A program made the translations under genes and the position numbers. A stretch of DNA of 64,000 bases from Bispira polyomma. Its lineage: Eukaryota. Of this stretch, positions 53,501 to 64,000 are shown one piece after another (within the stretch, counting starts at the first letter, position 1; each line of letters begins with the position of its first letter). The notes beneath the pieces were generated by a model. That model had not been told where the DNA came from. It was given only the letters and a program-made list of their open reading frames with translations, and did not search any database. The stretch covers positions 30,442,001-30,506,000 of the forward strand of contig OZ287754.1 of the NCBI GenBank assembly GCA_965649765.1, written 5' to 3'.

Positions 53501-56500
53501 TATGTAAAACGTGCACTTGAAAGCAAAAGAGAAATTAAAATTTAAATTTTGTTAAAGATGGACTGAAATGCAAACGAAAATTTAATTTTTTTGTGTGTGT
53601 GTTTTTAAGACAAGAATTAAAAATAGCAGCAAAAGCAAAATGTCTATATTTTAGGAGCTTTGACTATACATACTGTCTCCACAGAGAGCTCCCTCATAAT
53701 CTGTCCCAGTACAGTCGCAGGTGAATGTCCTAACCCCATCTATACAGACACCGTTTGTACACGGGGAATCAGCACAGTTGTCTATTTCTAGAACACAATA
53801 CAATAGTTTATAACAACTAGATAACAGGAGGCTAGAAATGTAATGGTAGTTGTATTAATGAAAAATATAACTATTTCTAGAATATAACACAACAGTTTAT
53901 AAGAACTAGAATTTGCCAATATCACAAACCGGGCATATTTCTGTGAAAAATATCACAAACAGGACATATTTCTGCAAAGGATATCAGAAACAGGACATAC
54001 TCCTGTGTATGATATAAGAAACAGGACATATTTATGTGAATTATATCAGAAACAGGATATTGCTGCAAAAGGTATCAGAAACAGAGCACATTTCTGCGAA
54101 ATATATCAGAAACATTGCATATTTTTGGCGAAGGATATCAGAAGTAGGGCATATTTCTAGGTTTACAGAACGGTCCCAAAATCAACTTGATGAAGGTATC
54201 TGCAGTAGTTTTTTTTTTTTCAAATATAGGTAAACTTGTCACTAAAGTAAACTCAGCAGGTGCCAGTCTGACAAAGTCATCATTACTTCACTTTTTCCCT
54301 GTCCTCTTAGTGAAGAACAGTGAAGACCTATTTTTGATGTGCTGAACAATTTGATGTTCAACGTATGGAGATTTTACTGTTTTACTAGGTGTTTTACACA
54401 AAATTTGACCATTGCTCAAAATACATGTTCGTCGGTGATGTACATCCCACCACTTTAGAATTACAAGTTAAACACTGAAAACTATAATTGTTCTGTATCT
54501 TCAAGCCCTACTTTGGTCACTGGTTTTGATACTGGTGCATTATACAGCTCCTAGTGAACACCTCTTTATAGTAAACAATTTACCTTGGCTCCTATAAGTG
54601 TTCACAATATAGAGGTTTTACTGTTATATTCAATCCTTACTTTGGTCACAGATGTCGCCGCTGTAGTCTACCTGGGAACAGTCACAAGTGTAGGAGTCTA
54701 TACCGTCCACACACACACCATTTGTACAGGGAGAACTGGCACAGTCATCTACAATGTGGCCAACATTGCAAATTTTTATAACTTTGGTAGTGTGTTATGC
54801 CATTTACAAAGATTGATAGACAGTCCGTAATACAACTTGGAAATTGTAATATAGTAGAATGTCAGTTACCTAAATCCATCTTCTATTTTACAAACATTCT
54901 ATTATTGGAACAGAGTCTTGCTCTGCCAACATGTTCAGATAATAGAGGTTGTACTGTACAATCTAATGATATAGTATGCCGGCTATCACATTTTCAATTA
55001 CTCTTTTTTATATTGACAAGTAACTCTTGTCTTGAATTAGAAAAATAACTAGTATAAATTGAGAAATAGTGTGATAGAATGCAATAATATCAGAAACTAG
55101 AGAAAATTTTACACAAATACTGATAGTCTTGAACAATTTACAGTAGTGATAAATCATTGCTGCTATGAAAGATTTCAACATTTAAACCATTGATGATCTT
55201 TATGTAACATCATCCTTCACTCAATTCAGACACTACTATTAGCACAATGTTATTGAAAACACTGTTAACAGACACAATCTATCATAAGGTTAATTCTCAT
55301 GCAGATGGATGAGCCAATAGAATTTCTTTCATACACTATTAAATTGTTTTGTGAATACTAAGTGCTTTCACGTGGCCTACTGGTTAGGGAGTTGGGCTGG
55401 TGATGAGAAGGTCCCGGGTTCGACTCCTGGTACTGGCTGCTAGTTTTATTGGTCGGATAACATCATTTGACAAGATGTGTACAGGCATTTACTTAGTGTC
55501 TTGGATAAACACTCACAATGGAAGTCCTGTGTCACTGGGTCCTATTTCCAGTGGCAGGCTAAAGATCCTTGGGTATGTTGATAAATGGTCATCCTCAAGC
55601 CTCTCTCTTCAGTTTGGGGAATGACAGTAACGGATACAGTATACTGTTACAGTCAGGAAAGGATTAATTAGCTTAATAATTAGCGTTATACCATATCAAG
55701 GTAGCTATATGCACTGATTATAAATACGAATACAAACAAATACAAATCCCCAGCTGTGAAGACATACCAGATCCGTCTTCAGTAGAACAGGTACTGGATT
55801 CGTATTCACACCTCTTGGTTCTGTCATCCCAAACCAGATTTGCTGCAGAACACTGTCTGTTGTCATAGAAGATTCCTCCTCCACAGCTAGCATACACATT
55901 ACATCCTTGACAAGATTGGTAATCACCATCTGGGATGTTAGAGCAATCACTGATACATTCCCCTGAAATGCACAAATCTGTCCTTACATCTTCCATTACA
56001 TAAAGATGAAAGCACACCATTCAATAAATACTAAGATTAGCCATGGCTATGCCCTTATTCAAAAATGTAAATGCTGGTATGTAATCACCTCTAAGTGAGG
56101 ACTTAGTCGACACCACTTTTACAGCTGTTACTAAGATTTCTTTGTGTCTATCTATGTAAGAATAATGTAAAAATGTGCATTTGTTTTATAATCTGATGTC
56201 GCCCCTAAAATTTCAGGCATAGTTTTAAAAAACCAAGCTATTTTTAATGATGTTAATTATTGAAATCAGTTAGATTACGTACCTACAATCACATTGTTAC
56301 AGTTATTAGTTGTACAGCAATAGTAGCAAATAGATCCAGACACATCGTGACCTGTACATTGGGACTCCTGTAAACAGAAAACCAATAGTTTACAGTAAAC
56401 AGGTACCACTTCTAATTATCATATACAAAAATGGCTTGAAAATAGATGTATGATTGTCTTATAATAATGGTGATATCAATGCAAGGACAACTGACTCTGC

Positions 56501-59500
56501 CAAATGACCTAAATATGTTCAAACATATACATGGTCGAAAAATAACTTACACTCACAGAAAATACCAAAGGACATAAGATGAACAATTTTCAAACATTAT
56601 AAGATGAACGTGTGAACTGATATTTAAGCACAACACAAGTTATCTCAATGCACACTATGTAATGCTAAATCTCCAGCATGAAGGTGATCTCAATGCTGTT
56701 AAAGCATGTTTAGTCTTTTCTTTTTTCTATTAGGTCTTAAATATTAGATGCATTTGATACATCAGTATCATCTTTAACACTCATAGATGCAAGTTACTTC
56801 AGGAACTTATTTAAATATGACAACTTTACAAATCTGTAAATCATCTTACCCCTCAACCAGGTTGTGTTAAAGAGCAACCGGTAAATCAAACAAGTCATAT
56901 AACAAGTATATTGATCATTTAGATTCTGCTCTTCAAGCTATTTACACTCTATAAACCACTTATAAACTAAAAACCACAGACTACTTACATACTGAGTTAC
57001 TTCACTGGTACAGATAGATTCAGACTTGCATCCTTTAGTGATGGACATTCGGCCGTCACCATGACTACGTACTACTGTCTGACATCCGCCCTGTATAATG
57101 AGTGCTAAGCATTTATTGTAATATATAGTACATGTACACCAGTGTATGATCAGTCTGCCTTGGCTGGTAGAAAACCCCAGCCTACAAGTTGGAAACATAA
57201 AGAACAATGCAAATTGGAGCCAGAATCAATAATACAATAAAAGCTGTAGAATGCAATATATTTGTAAATTGTGCTGTGAAAATACAGGGTTGGTGAAGCA
57301 GTTGTCATTGGAAAAATAAAATGTTTAACAGTTAAATCAAAAACGGTTTTCAAATATACCATTTTCACTAGATCCTGGCCAAAACCTAATCAGTGTTAGA
57401 TCACATGGGAGTACACATGTGAAAATCTGTCAAAAGGTTTGGCCTGTATGACCGAAAAGTAAGGCAAAAGCAGTTGCAAAGATGACAATTTTAACAGGAT
57501 GTCAACAAAACTTCGGCAGTTGTAGATCTCATAGTGATATACATTCCCTCAAATTGGTGAAAAACTGGTACATATATTCATTGAAAGGGTCCAGTGGTAC
57601 AACACCATGGTCTGAATTGATTTTGACCTTTGAATATGCAGCTTAACCTCAAACGTTTGAAACAAACGTGTATATATGTAACATTACAGCATAATGACCT
57701 TTGACTCAGATTTGAAAACTTGTATGATCTCTTGTATAGCTCAGCATCTACTGGTTACATGATTTTATCAATATTCATTGCGCGGTGTAGATACGCTGTA
57801 TAATAACATCACCTCTGTTTGACTTTTAACCTTGGAGTTATGACCTTGACTTTAAATATTATCTGCACTACATCGCAAAGAGAACTTGTTGCAAGAAGTC
57901 ATTTATTGTTACAGCTATTCATTTGGGGATGCATGTATTTCTGCTTCAGTGATTTACAGTAGGCTTCTATTCCATCCTCTTGCCTATTGGGATGGGGCTG
58001 CGGTGGCCTAGTGGTTAGCAAGCATTGCGCTTCACAATCCCTGGTTTCTCACCTCTGGGTGGCGTGAGTTTGACTACCGTCGATGCCTGGGAAAGGTGGT
58101 AGTTCCTTATTGTGGGCCGCTGGTTTTAGTGCAGAACCTTAATCAACTGTATGCAGTGTTTCCTCCAGCGTTTCCAACTACCCGTCCCAATATAACCTAA
58201 ACAGGTACTAGAGTGGACTTTAAATATACCAATTCAAATTCAAATTCTTGCCTATTGGGTTTTGTCATCTGTCATATTATTTCATTTATTTGTAGTGTAT
58301 CTTAGGCGCTGCCAGTAAAATGTAATCCACAATGCCCATGTCCAAGCTTGTCATTATTCCAATTGTACTAATGCAGAGAACTTACATTGGAGTACCAAGA
58401 TAATGAAGATAAGTCAATATACAATGTTTAACTCTTCAAATCAATAAATATTTCACTTAGTATTCAAATTAGGATAAATAAATCAGCACTATTTTTACTG
58501 AAAACCAGAATAGAAATTAGCACTATTTGTACTGGAAACCACATACCACCGCAAGTACTTAGCAAACTTTCTGATGCATAAGAAGCATTGCGAGTTGAAC
58601 CTAGTCTCCTTAGGGAGGCTAGTAATGTTGAAGCAGACGCTTATAACAGCTTAGAAGACATATTACAAAAGCTTACAAGCTAATCTAGGTGACAGCCAAT
58701 AACTTAAGCAAGATCAAAAGTAATCTGTGCATTCATAAGATAAAAAAATGTCTAAATACTTTCACCATGGAGGTGCTGTTTCCGTGGTTCTGTTAATTGG
58801 CTGGTTAGCTTGTCTCAAGTACTACACAAAAACTATTAAACCGATTCACATGAAATTTGGTTAATGGACATAGACCCATACATAAGTCAGTAAATTTTGG
58901 AGTACATCTGAATATCAGGCAAGGTCCTAGATTTGCTTTTTCTTTAGAAACTCTGGTGCCTTGATTGAGGTATGCTCTCTATTAAGTGTCCTTCTAATTT
59001 GAAAAGCATTGGTAATATTGCTCAACAATCAGTATGTAACCATTAAAATTTTGAAATAATAAAGGAATTTCTGAATGGAGTAAATCATCTGCAGATATCT
59101 TGCCAATTGTAGTGTTAATATTTATAAACATATCTGACTTAAAAACCTCATCAGAAAAATTTTGGGGATGGAAAATTGATTCGTCACTGATTCATCAGCA
59201 AGCTTTGTGATTACTGGAGAACCATTTTGAGACAACTACTATCACTAGTACTCACTGTATCTCCTGCTGAGCATGTCTGTTGATGACCATTTTGCCTACA
59301 GAGGGAGTCACTCTCTTGACTGTTACAGCTCCAACACTGGTGGGCTGCCCCATCTTATTAACATAAATTAAGAGACATTTGTGTTCATTTGTGCATTGGC
59401 CTAATGGTTTTAGAATCATTCATTTCACAATTACTTTCCTTTCACTGCTGAGGACAGGAATGTCAATCCCACTACTTCTCTTGTGTGGCAAAGTTTGCCA

Positions 59501-62500
59501 GTTACTTGTCTTATGCCCTATTAACATATACAAGGTATGGTAGGCAGCACAAAAAGGAAGGCTAAAGGTGACAACATACAGAGTACTATCCTTTCTGCTG
59601 GCCATAAGCCTTACAATAAATATAAGCTCAGACCAAGAGGCTGCCTTTGCCTTGGCAGCTTTGCAGTGTTAAATGATGTTTCCACAGTAACATAACATTC
59701 ACTACAGGGTTTGTGAGACTGTGAACATGTTAATGAACAATGTGATTACATAAAGAACTAAATATTATTGTTGCATATTGACACAATATTGACACAAAAG
59801 TAGAAGTAAAAGATGGCAGGTTTTTTTTTGCCAAGAAAAGTGCCTATATTTTAGGAACTTGCACTATACATACTGTTTTCACACAGAGTTCCCTCATAAT
59901 CCTCATAATTCACAGGTAAATGTCCTAACCCCGATTAAGGAAAACATTGTAAACCAATATTATTATTTTGATTTAGTTAGCTTCACAGAAAAAAATTCTG
60001 CTGAGTATCAAATAAATAACTCTTGTTTTAAATAGAAAAATTATGTTGCTGATTGAGAATTAATACAAGAAAGTAAACAAAAATCATACAAATACTGATG
60101 GTCTAGAACAATTAGGAATTGTATCAAAAGACAATAATATTGCTGTTATTAGAGATGTAGGCATCAAGAACACAATAGTCTAACACATGGGCCACAGCAG
60201 CAGATGACCATATTAGACATGTAGGGTGACACACTAGCTTATAAACTCATAGAGCTAGGGTTCAATCCCAGCCTGGGACTACCAGGTACAGGAAAATAGT
60301 AGTTCAAAAGCATCACAATTGATGCCATATATATATACCATATTGGTCTTCCAAATTTTGTTGCCCAAGTGTGCCATATAACCGGTAAATCTTAGTCGAA
60401 ACCTACCTGGTATATTCTTATTACACAAGTCAGTAGTACAGCAGTCATAGCAAATAGCACCTACTTCATCATATCCAGTACACTGAGATGCCTGGAAAAT
60501 AGAAAGAGGACAACAAAGACCCCAAATATAGCTTTAGTTTAGTTTGGGTTTAATCTCGCTTTCAATATGATTGATCATGACAGACAGTTTAGTGAAGGAA
60601 TAAATCAGAAAAAGGTAATTGGTCAAGGTTTTTATTATGGCTCTTAAATATTGCACAGAAAGTATGTATAACATGGGGGAGTGTACAGGTGAACACCAGT
60701 TGTCTGATTTTCTATTATCTAAATATTTGATTTCATGAGCTCATTGTTGTTGTCCTAAACATATTCCTATGGCACAAAAGTGCACAATCTATTATCTTCC
60801 TATGTCCCCCACAAAAGTGCACATTCTATTATCTCTTATGTCCACCACAAAAGTGCACATTCTATTATCTCCTATGTCTCTCACAAAAGTGCTTGGTGTT
60901 CTAATACTTGGCACGTGGTTGTTGTAATTTGGTATAAAAGTTTTGATACAAGTCCACTTTAAAACAAAATATTCAAGATAATGAATGTTGGTCTAATTGT
61001 ACTAATTTATAATATTAAGTACGGTTTTACTGTAAATACTTAAAAGCATCCTGACTTACATACTGCTGTTCTTCACTCTCACACACACTCTGGGCCTTAC
61101 ATCTTTTTGTGATGGTCTTGTAATGTTGGTACACCCTGACCTCAGTTTGACATCCACCCTAAAACACAAAATAACAACTTATAATCCTTGCTGTACTGTG
61201 TTACGAAAATATAGGATTGGGCCACTTTAGAGATGAATTAATATGGTGGGAGGAAGGCAAAGTCTAAATACAAACAAGACAGTTTAGCTCATTAGAGATC
61301 TTACAAGTAATGAGTAATCATAAAGTCTTCAGTAATCAAGAACTATATCAATAAATAATATGATTACTTATCAGTGATGATAATATATTAAAACTATAAT
61401 CAGGTATATGTACACATCATCATATTGCATAGATTATTGCTCCATAATGCTCTTAGTTTTATATAACAAATATGCTGTTATATATGCATGTATGCAAATT
61501 AGTCTTGAATCTGTTTAAATGGGCACAAGCTAAATCTTATCACCCAATGACTTAGTGCAGGTTTGCTACCAGCCACTTCACATACATGTTGTATGTACAG
61601 GAGTTTTCAGTCCTAGTTTAAATGGTCACATGACACATATTATTATCTAATCACTTACACTATCTCCTTGCTTACATGTTTGCTTCTGACCACTGCTTAC
61701 ATATATGTTGTATGTATAACAGTTTTGAATTATGTTTTAATGGTAACATGACACATATTGTCACCTGATCACTTACTGTGTCTCCTTGGTTACAGGTTTG
61801 CTCCCAGCCACTGCTCACACACATAGCTTCATCATTAGCATTAGTACACGCCCAGCACACTGAGGCAGGACTGCCACCTGGTGGGTAAATAGAGAAAACA
61901 TGTGCGGCTTGGGAATTTTTGATGTAACTCTCGTGTCAGGGGGAGAACAGGTTGAAATACTATAAAACTTTAGAATCACTACTTACACTTCCAAGGTCGA
62001 ATTAGAACTATCTGTATAAAATCAGTACTGTAGTATTAGAGATTTTAATATAAACATACTGTAACTTACGTTTACCTTTAATTTTTTGAAAATTTCCAAT
62101 TATTTGTCACAAAACTTATTAAATATTGTACACCAGCTTGTTGATTTTAAATTTGCATTTGAAATAGGTGTATTAAACAGTTAAATTAAATATGCACTTA
62201 AAAGCAAAACATAAATTTAATTTAATTTTTTTGTGTTTAGACCAAAAGTAAAAAGCAAGAAAAGCAATACGTTTTTCAGTATTCTGTTTTGTAAAGTTTG
62301 TACATTTTAGGGGTGTAACAGGTAAAATAAATGGGTTCGAACACCCATACAGGGAATCTCAGCCGGACTTCCATTAACTCTTGCTGTTAGTATTTACCAA
62401 TAAGAAGCATTATTATCAACAATATGATATCTATGATATCCTATGAAATATTTGGTGCTATTTCTGAAACTTTAAATTCACGAAGACGGCCTAGTGTTTG

Positions 62501-63346
62501 TAAATATGTCAGTCATTAGTGTACATTGAACCCTGTGAGTACTCAAAGTCAGGCCAACTTTGACTGCAAGAGGACATGCGCCCATTTTACAGGTTAAATT
62601 AGATGTAAAATAATAGGATGAGTTAAGTTACAATGAGATAATGACAATAAAACATCAGGTGGCAGGTTCTACTCTAGCAGAATACTTACTTGGTGCTTCA
62701 GTAGTTGTACTAGTTGTATCTTCTGCATCTAGAAAAAAGCCGCACAGAAGCAATAAGATAGGAGTTATGGTTATATACATTGTTCACTGACCAGTGATAA
62801 ATAATGAAGAAAGTATTCATTGTTTATTATTGTGCTATTTTTGAAAGCAGTTTTCTAAACCACCCTTACCTCACCATCTCATTTATCTGTTAATACCTCC
62901 CTAAACAAGACATTTGAATGAAATTGATTTGGGTCCATATGTGCTAATGGCTGCTGGGTAATACCGTTCCCTCTGTGTCAGGCAGGTAATTGAGTAGGCG
63001 TCTACCTTGTCTTGACTTTCTAGTCCTACTCTTGACTACTTGCCACAAGGAGTTCATATTCTTGCAAATATAACTCCAGTGCTTTATTGACAAAATGTCT
63101 TAAGCTTAATATTTTGAATTTGGCTGTATATGTTAAGATTTTGGTCTTACTACTTAATACTTAAAGAATAGAACAGATGTTTTGTTGAAAGATCACAAAG
63201 TAGGCCCCAGTGTTGTTCTAAATTATTATACCCGAGTGTGACAAATTACTGGGAGTCCTACCTGGTAAATTCTTGTTACACAAGTCAGTGGTACAACAAT
63301 CATAGCAAATGGCACCCACTTCATCGTATCCAGTACACTGAGATGC
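35427..63346 (-). CDS. Large mosaic cell-surface protein, predicted GPI-anchored (Ly6/uPAR-like modules, CBM14, 12 Ca-EGF, TSP1-like); 3' 33 exons, 5' end outside the window
   Basis: Exons in transcription order: 63346-63262, 62728-62690, 61877-61777, 61158-61060, 60491-60407, 59353-59256, 57090-56989, 56367-56283, 55962-55768, 54748-54641, 53787-53674, 53331-53231, 52613-52515, 51476-51392, 50877-50770, 49058-48945, 48851-48738, 48633-48520, 48425-48312, 48217-48104, 48009-47896, 47802-47689, 47595-47482, 45072-44959, 44361-44347, 43486-43320, 42642-42486, 41610-41503, 40585-40472, 39778-39642, 36613-36436, 36140-36066, 35533-35427. All introns are GT-AG with matching phases; total 3588 nt, no internal stop found; AATAAA at 35259-35264. 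Confidence 0.85.
36436..39778 (-). CDS. Membrane-proximal divergent LU-like module (exons 39778-39642 and 36613-36436)
   Basis: [27 protein letters not shown] / [32 protein letters not shown] parallels the upstream CWxC...C...QTC / C.T...ITKxC...C modules. Confidence 0.7.
36520..37320 (-). repeat. 133-bp tandem array, each unit carrying a branch point, acceptor and the 5' part of a coding exon
   Basis: Exon-start copies at 36613, 36746, 36879, 37012, 37145 and a diverged one at 37287. Confidence 0.95.
37480..38655 (-). mobile_element. Degenerate LINE fragments (RT C-terminus and 3' UTRs) in an intron
   Basis: [14 protein letters not shown] and LDFCNTL on the minus strand; 3' end resembles 20880-20940. 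A further 3' fragment lies at ~49830-50030. Confidence 0.7.
40472..40585 (-). CDS. Exon with a thrombospondin type-1-like motif
   Basis: [35 protein letters not shown], continuing [13 protein letters not shown] in the next exon. Confidence 0.55.
41655..41860 (+). mobile_element. Degenerate SINE related to family A
   Basis: ggggtcgtgatggcctagtggttt...gaatcactggtctctcacc head. Confidence 0.65.
42704..42952. repeat. 58-bp intronic minisatellite, ~4.3 copies
   Basis: cagtatacaggtaaggtagataaacaggagaaacaggtgtaaatgcaatgtacagata at 42704, 42762, 42820 and 42878. Confidence 0.95.
45331..47214. repeat. Apparently perfect 942-bp tandem duplication in an intron
   Basis: Units 45331-46272 and 46273-47214; I found no differences by eye. 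Each contains a degenerate SINE and a truncated EGF exon. Confidence 0.95.
47482..49058 (-). CDS. Array of eight tandem 114-bp Ca-binding-type EGF exons (period 207-218 bp)
   Basis: Consensus xID(D/N)[13 protein letters not shown](G/E)[15 protein letters not shown](A/T)LC(E/G)x; each exon has an AG acceptor and a GTATGT donor, phase 1-1. Confidence 0.93.
51392..53331 (-). CDS. Three-exon Ly6/uPAR-like (three-finger) module, copy A
   Basis: [28 protein letters not shown] / [33 protein letters not shown] / [24 protein letters not shown]; ends in the CCxxDxCN hallmark. Confidence 0.88.
51531..51747. mobile_element. Tourist/Harbinger-like MITE
   Basis: TIRs gggggcaaatatacctggccgattttg / caaaatcggccaggtttattcacccc, flanked by TCA and TTA. 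Absent from the paralogous introns at ~60535 and ~63405. Confidence 0.88.
51990..52260. repeat. ~36-bp intronic minisatellite (cacaaaagtgcaccttctattatcttgctatgtttct); paralogous arrays at 60772-60892 and 63643-64000
   Basis: Tandem units visible at the same intron position in three duplicated modules. Confidence 0.9.
53918..54160. repeat. Degenerate ~30-bp minisatellite (atatcagaaacaggacatatttctg)
   Basis: About 8 diverged units. Confidence 0.8.
55372..55650 (+). mobile_element. tRNA-derived SINE (family C); relatives at ~46010-46205 and ~46952-47147
   Basis: gtggcctactggtt and gggttcgactcc boxes; shared 3' end atggtcatcct.aagcc...gggaatgacagt. Confidence 0.65.
55768..55962 (-). CDS. Single-exon chitin-binding type-2 (CBM14/peritrophin-A-like) domain
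   Basis: [58 protein letters not shown]; phase 1-1. Confidence 0.88.
56283..59353 (-). CDS. Three-exon Ly6/uPAR-like module, diverged copy B
   Basis: [28 protein letters not shown] / [34 protein letters not shown] / [24 protein letters not shown]. Confidence 0.85.
57992..58245 (+). mobile_element. tRNA-derived SINE (family A), full length
   Basis: Homologous to the 26437 and 33594 copies; 14-bp TSD tcttgcctattggg at 57978-57991 and 58246-58259. Confidence 0.92.
59862..59932 (-). pseudogene. Dead EGF exon remnant (3' half with donor)
   Basis: ctatacatactgttttcacacagagttccctcataat...cacaggtaaatgtcctaacccc matches the array exons but is internally deleted and lacks the acceptor. Confidence 0.75.
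60407..61877 (-). CDS. Three-exon Ly6/uPAR-like module, copy C (recent duplicate of copy A); the last exon of a further copy is at 63346-63262
   Basis: Exons are near-identical to 53331-51392 and the introns align colinearly. Confidence 0.88.
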
Positions 63347-64000
63347 CTGGGAAAATAGAAAGAGGACACAATAGCTGGATCAACAAAGACCCCAAATATA
63401 GCTTTAGTTTAGTTTAGGTTTAATATCACTTTCAACATGATTGTGTCATATTACAACAGACAGTTCAGGAGGAAAATAGAAAAAGGTAGTTGGTCAAGGT
63501 TTTTAATATGGCTCTTGAATATTGCACAGAAAGTAGTCATAACATGTGGGAGTGTACAGGTGTATACCAGTTATCCGATTTCCTCTTACCTAAATATTTG
63601 ATTTCATGAACGTATTATTGTTGTCCTTAACATATCACTATTGCACAAAAGTGTACCTTCTATAATCTTGCTGTGTCTCCCACAAGAGTGCACCTTCTAT
63701 TATCTTGCTATGTCTCTCACAAGAGTGCACCTTCCATTATCTTGCTATGTCTCTCACGAAAGTGGCCCTTCTATTATTTTGCTGTGTCTCCCACAAAAGT
63801 GCACCTTTTTTTTGTTGCTATGTCCCCCACAAGAGCTCGCCTTTCATTATCTTGTTATGTCTCTTACAAGAGTGCACATTCTATTATCATCCTATGTCCC
63901 CCACAAAAGTGCACATTCTATTATCTCTTATGTCCCCCACAAAAGTGCACATTCTATTATCTTCCTATGTCCCCCACAAAGGTGCACATTCTATCATCTC

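Overview
AT-rich, CpG-poor, intron-containing animal genomic DNA. It is probably lophotrochozoan; an annelid is my inference from the CBM14 subtype and repeat content. From left to right: (1) two coding exons of a minus-strand death-domain gene that runs off the left edge. (2) A decayed autonomous PIF/Harbinger transposon (MADF gene on +, DDE transposase on -) with two L2/CR1-type LINEs nested inside it; one LINE carries a 2A-like 'GDIASNPGP' motif. (3) An intronless, twice-frameshifted TRIM gene (RING-Bbox-Bbox-coiled coil-propeller) and further LINEs and tRNA-derived SINEs with clear target-site duplications. (4) Two small spliced genes with no recognisable family, each headed by a dense TGACGT cluster. 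(5) From 35.4 kb to the right edge, the 3' part of one large minus-strand gene: 33 hand-traced exons, 3588 nt, frame-consistent. It encodes a mosaic protein, predicted GPI-anchored, with Ly6/uPAR-like three-finger modules, a CBM14 chitin-binding domain, 12 Ca-binding-type EGF repeats and a TSP1-like motif. This gene shows exon-level duplication throughout: an 8-exon EGF array, duplicated LU modules, a tandem array of decoy splice acceptors, duplicated donors and dead exons. All exon structures were traced by eye; no database search or transcript data were available.
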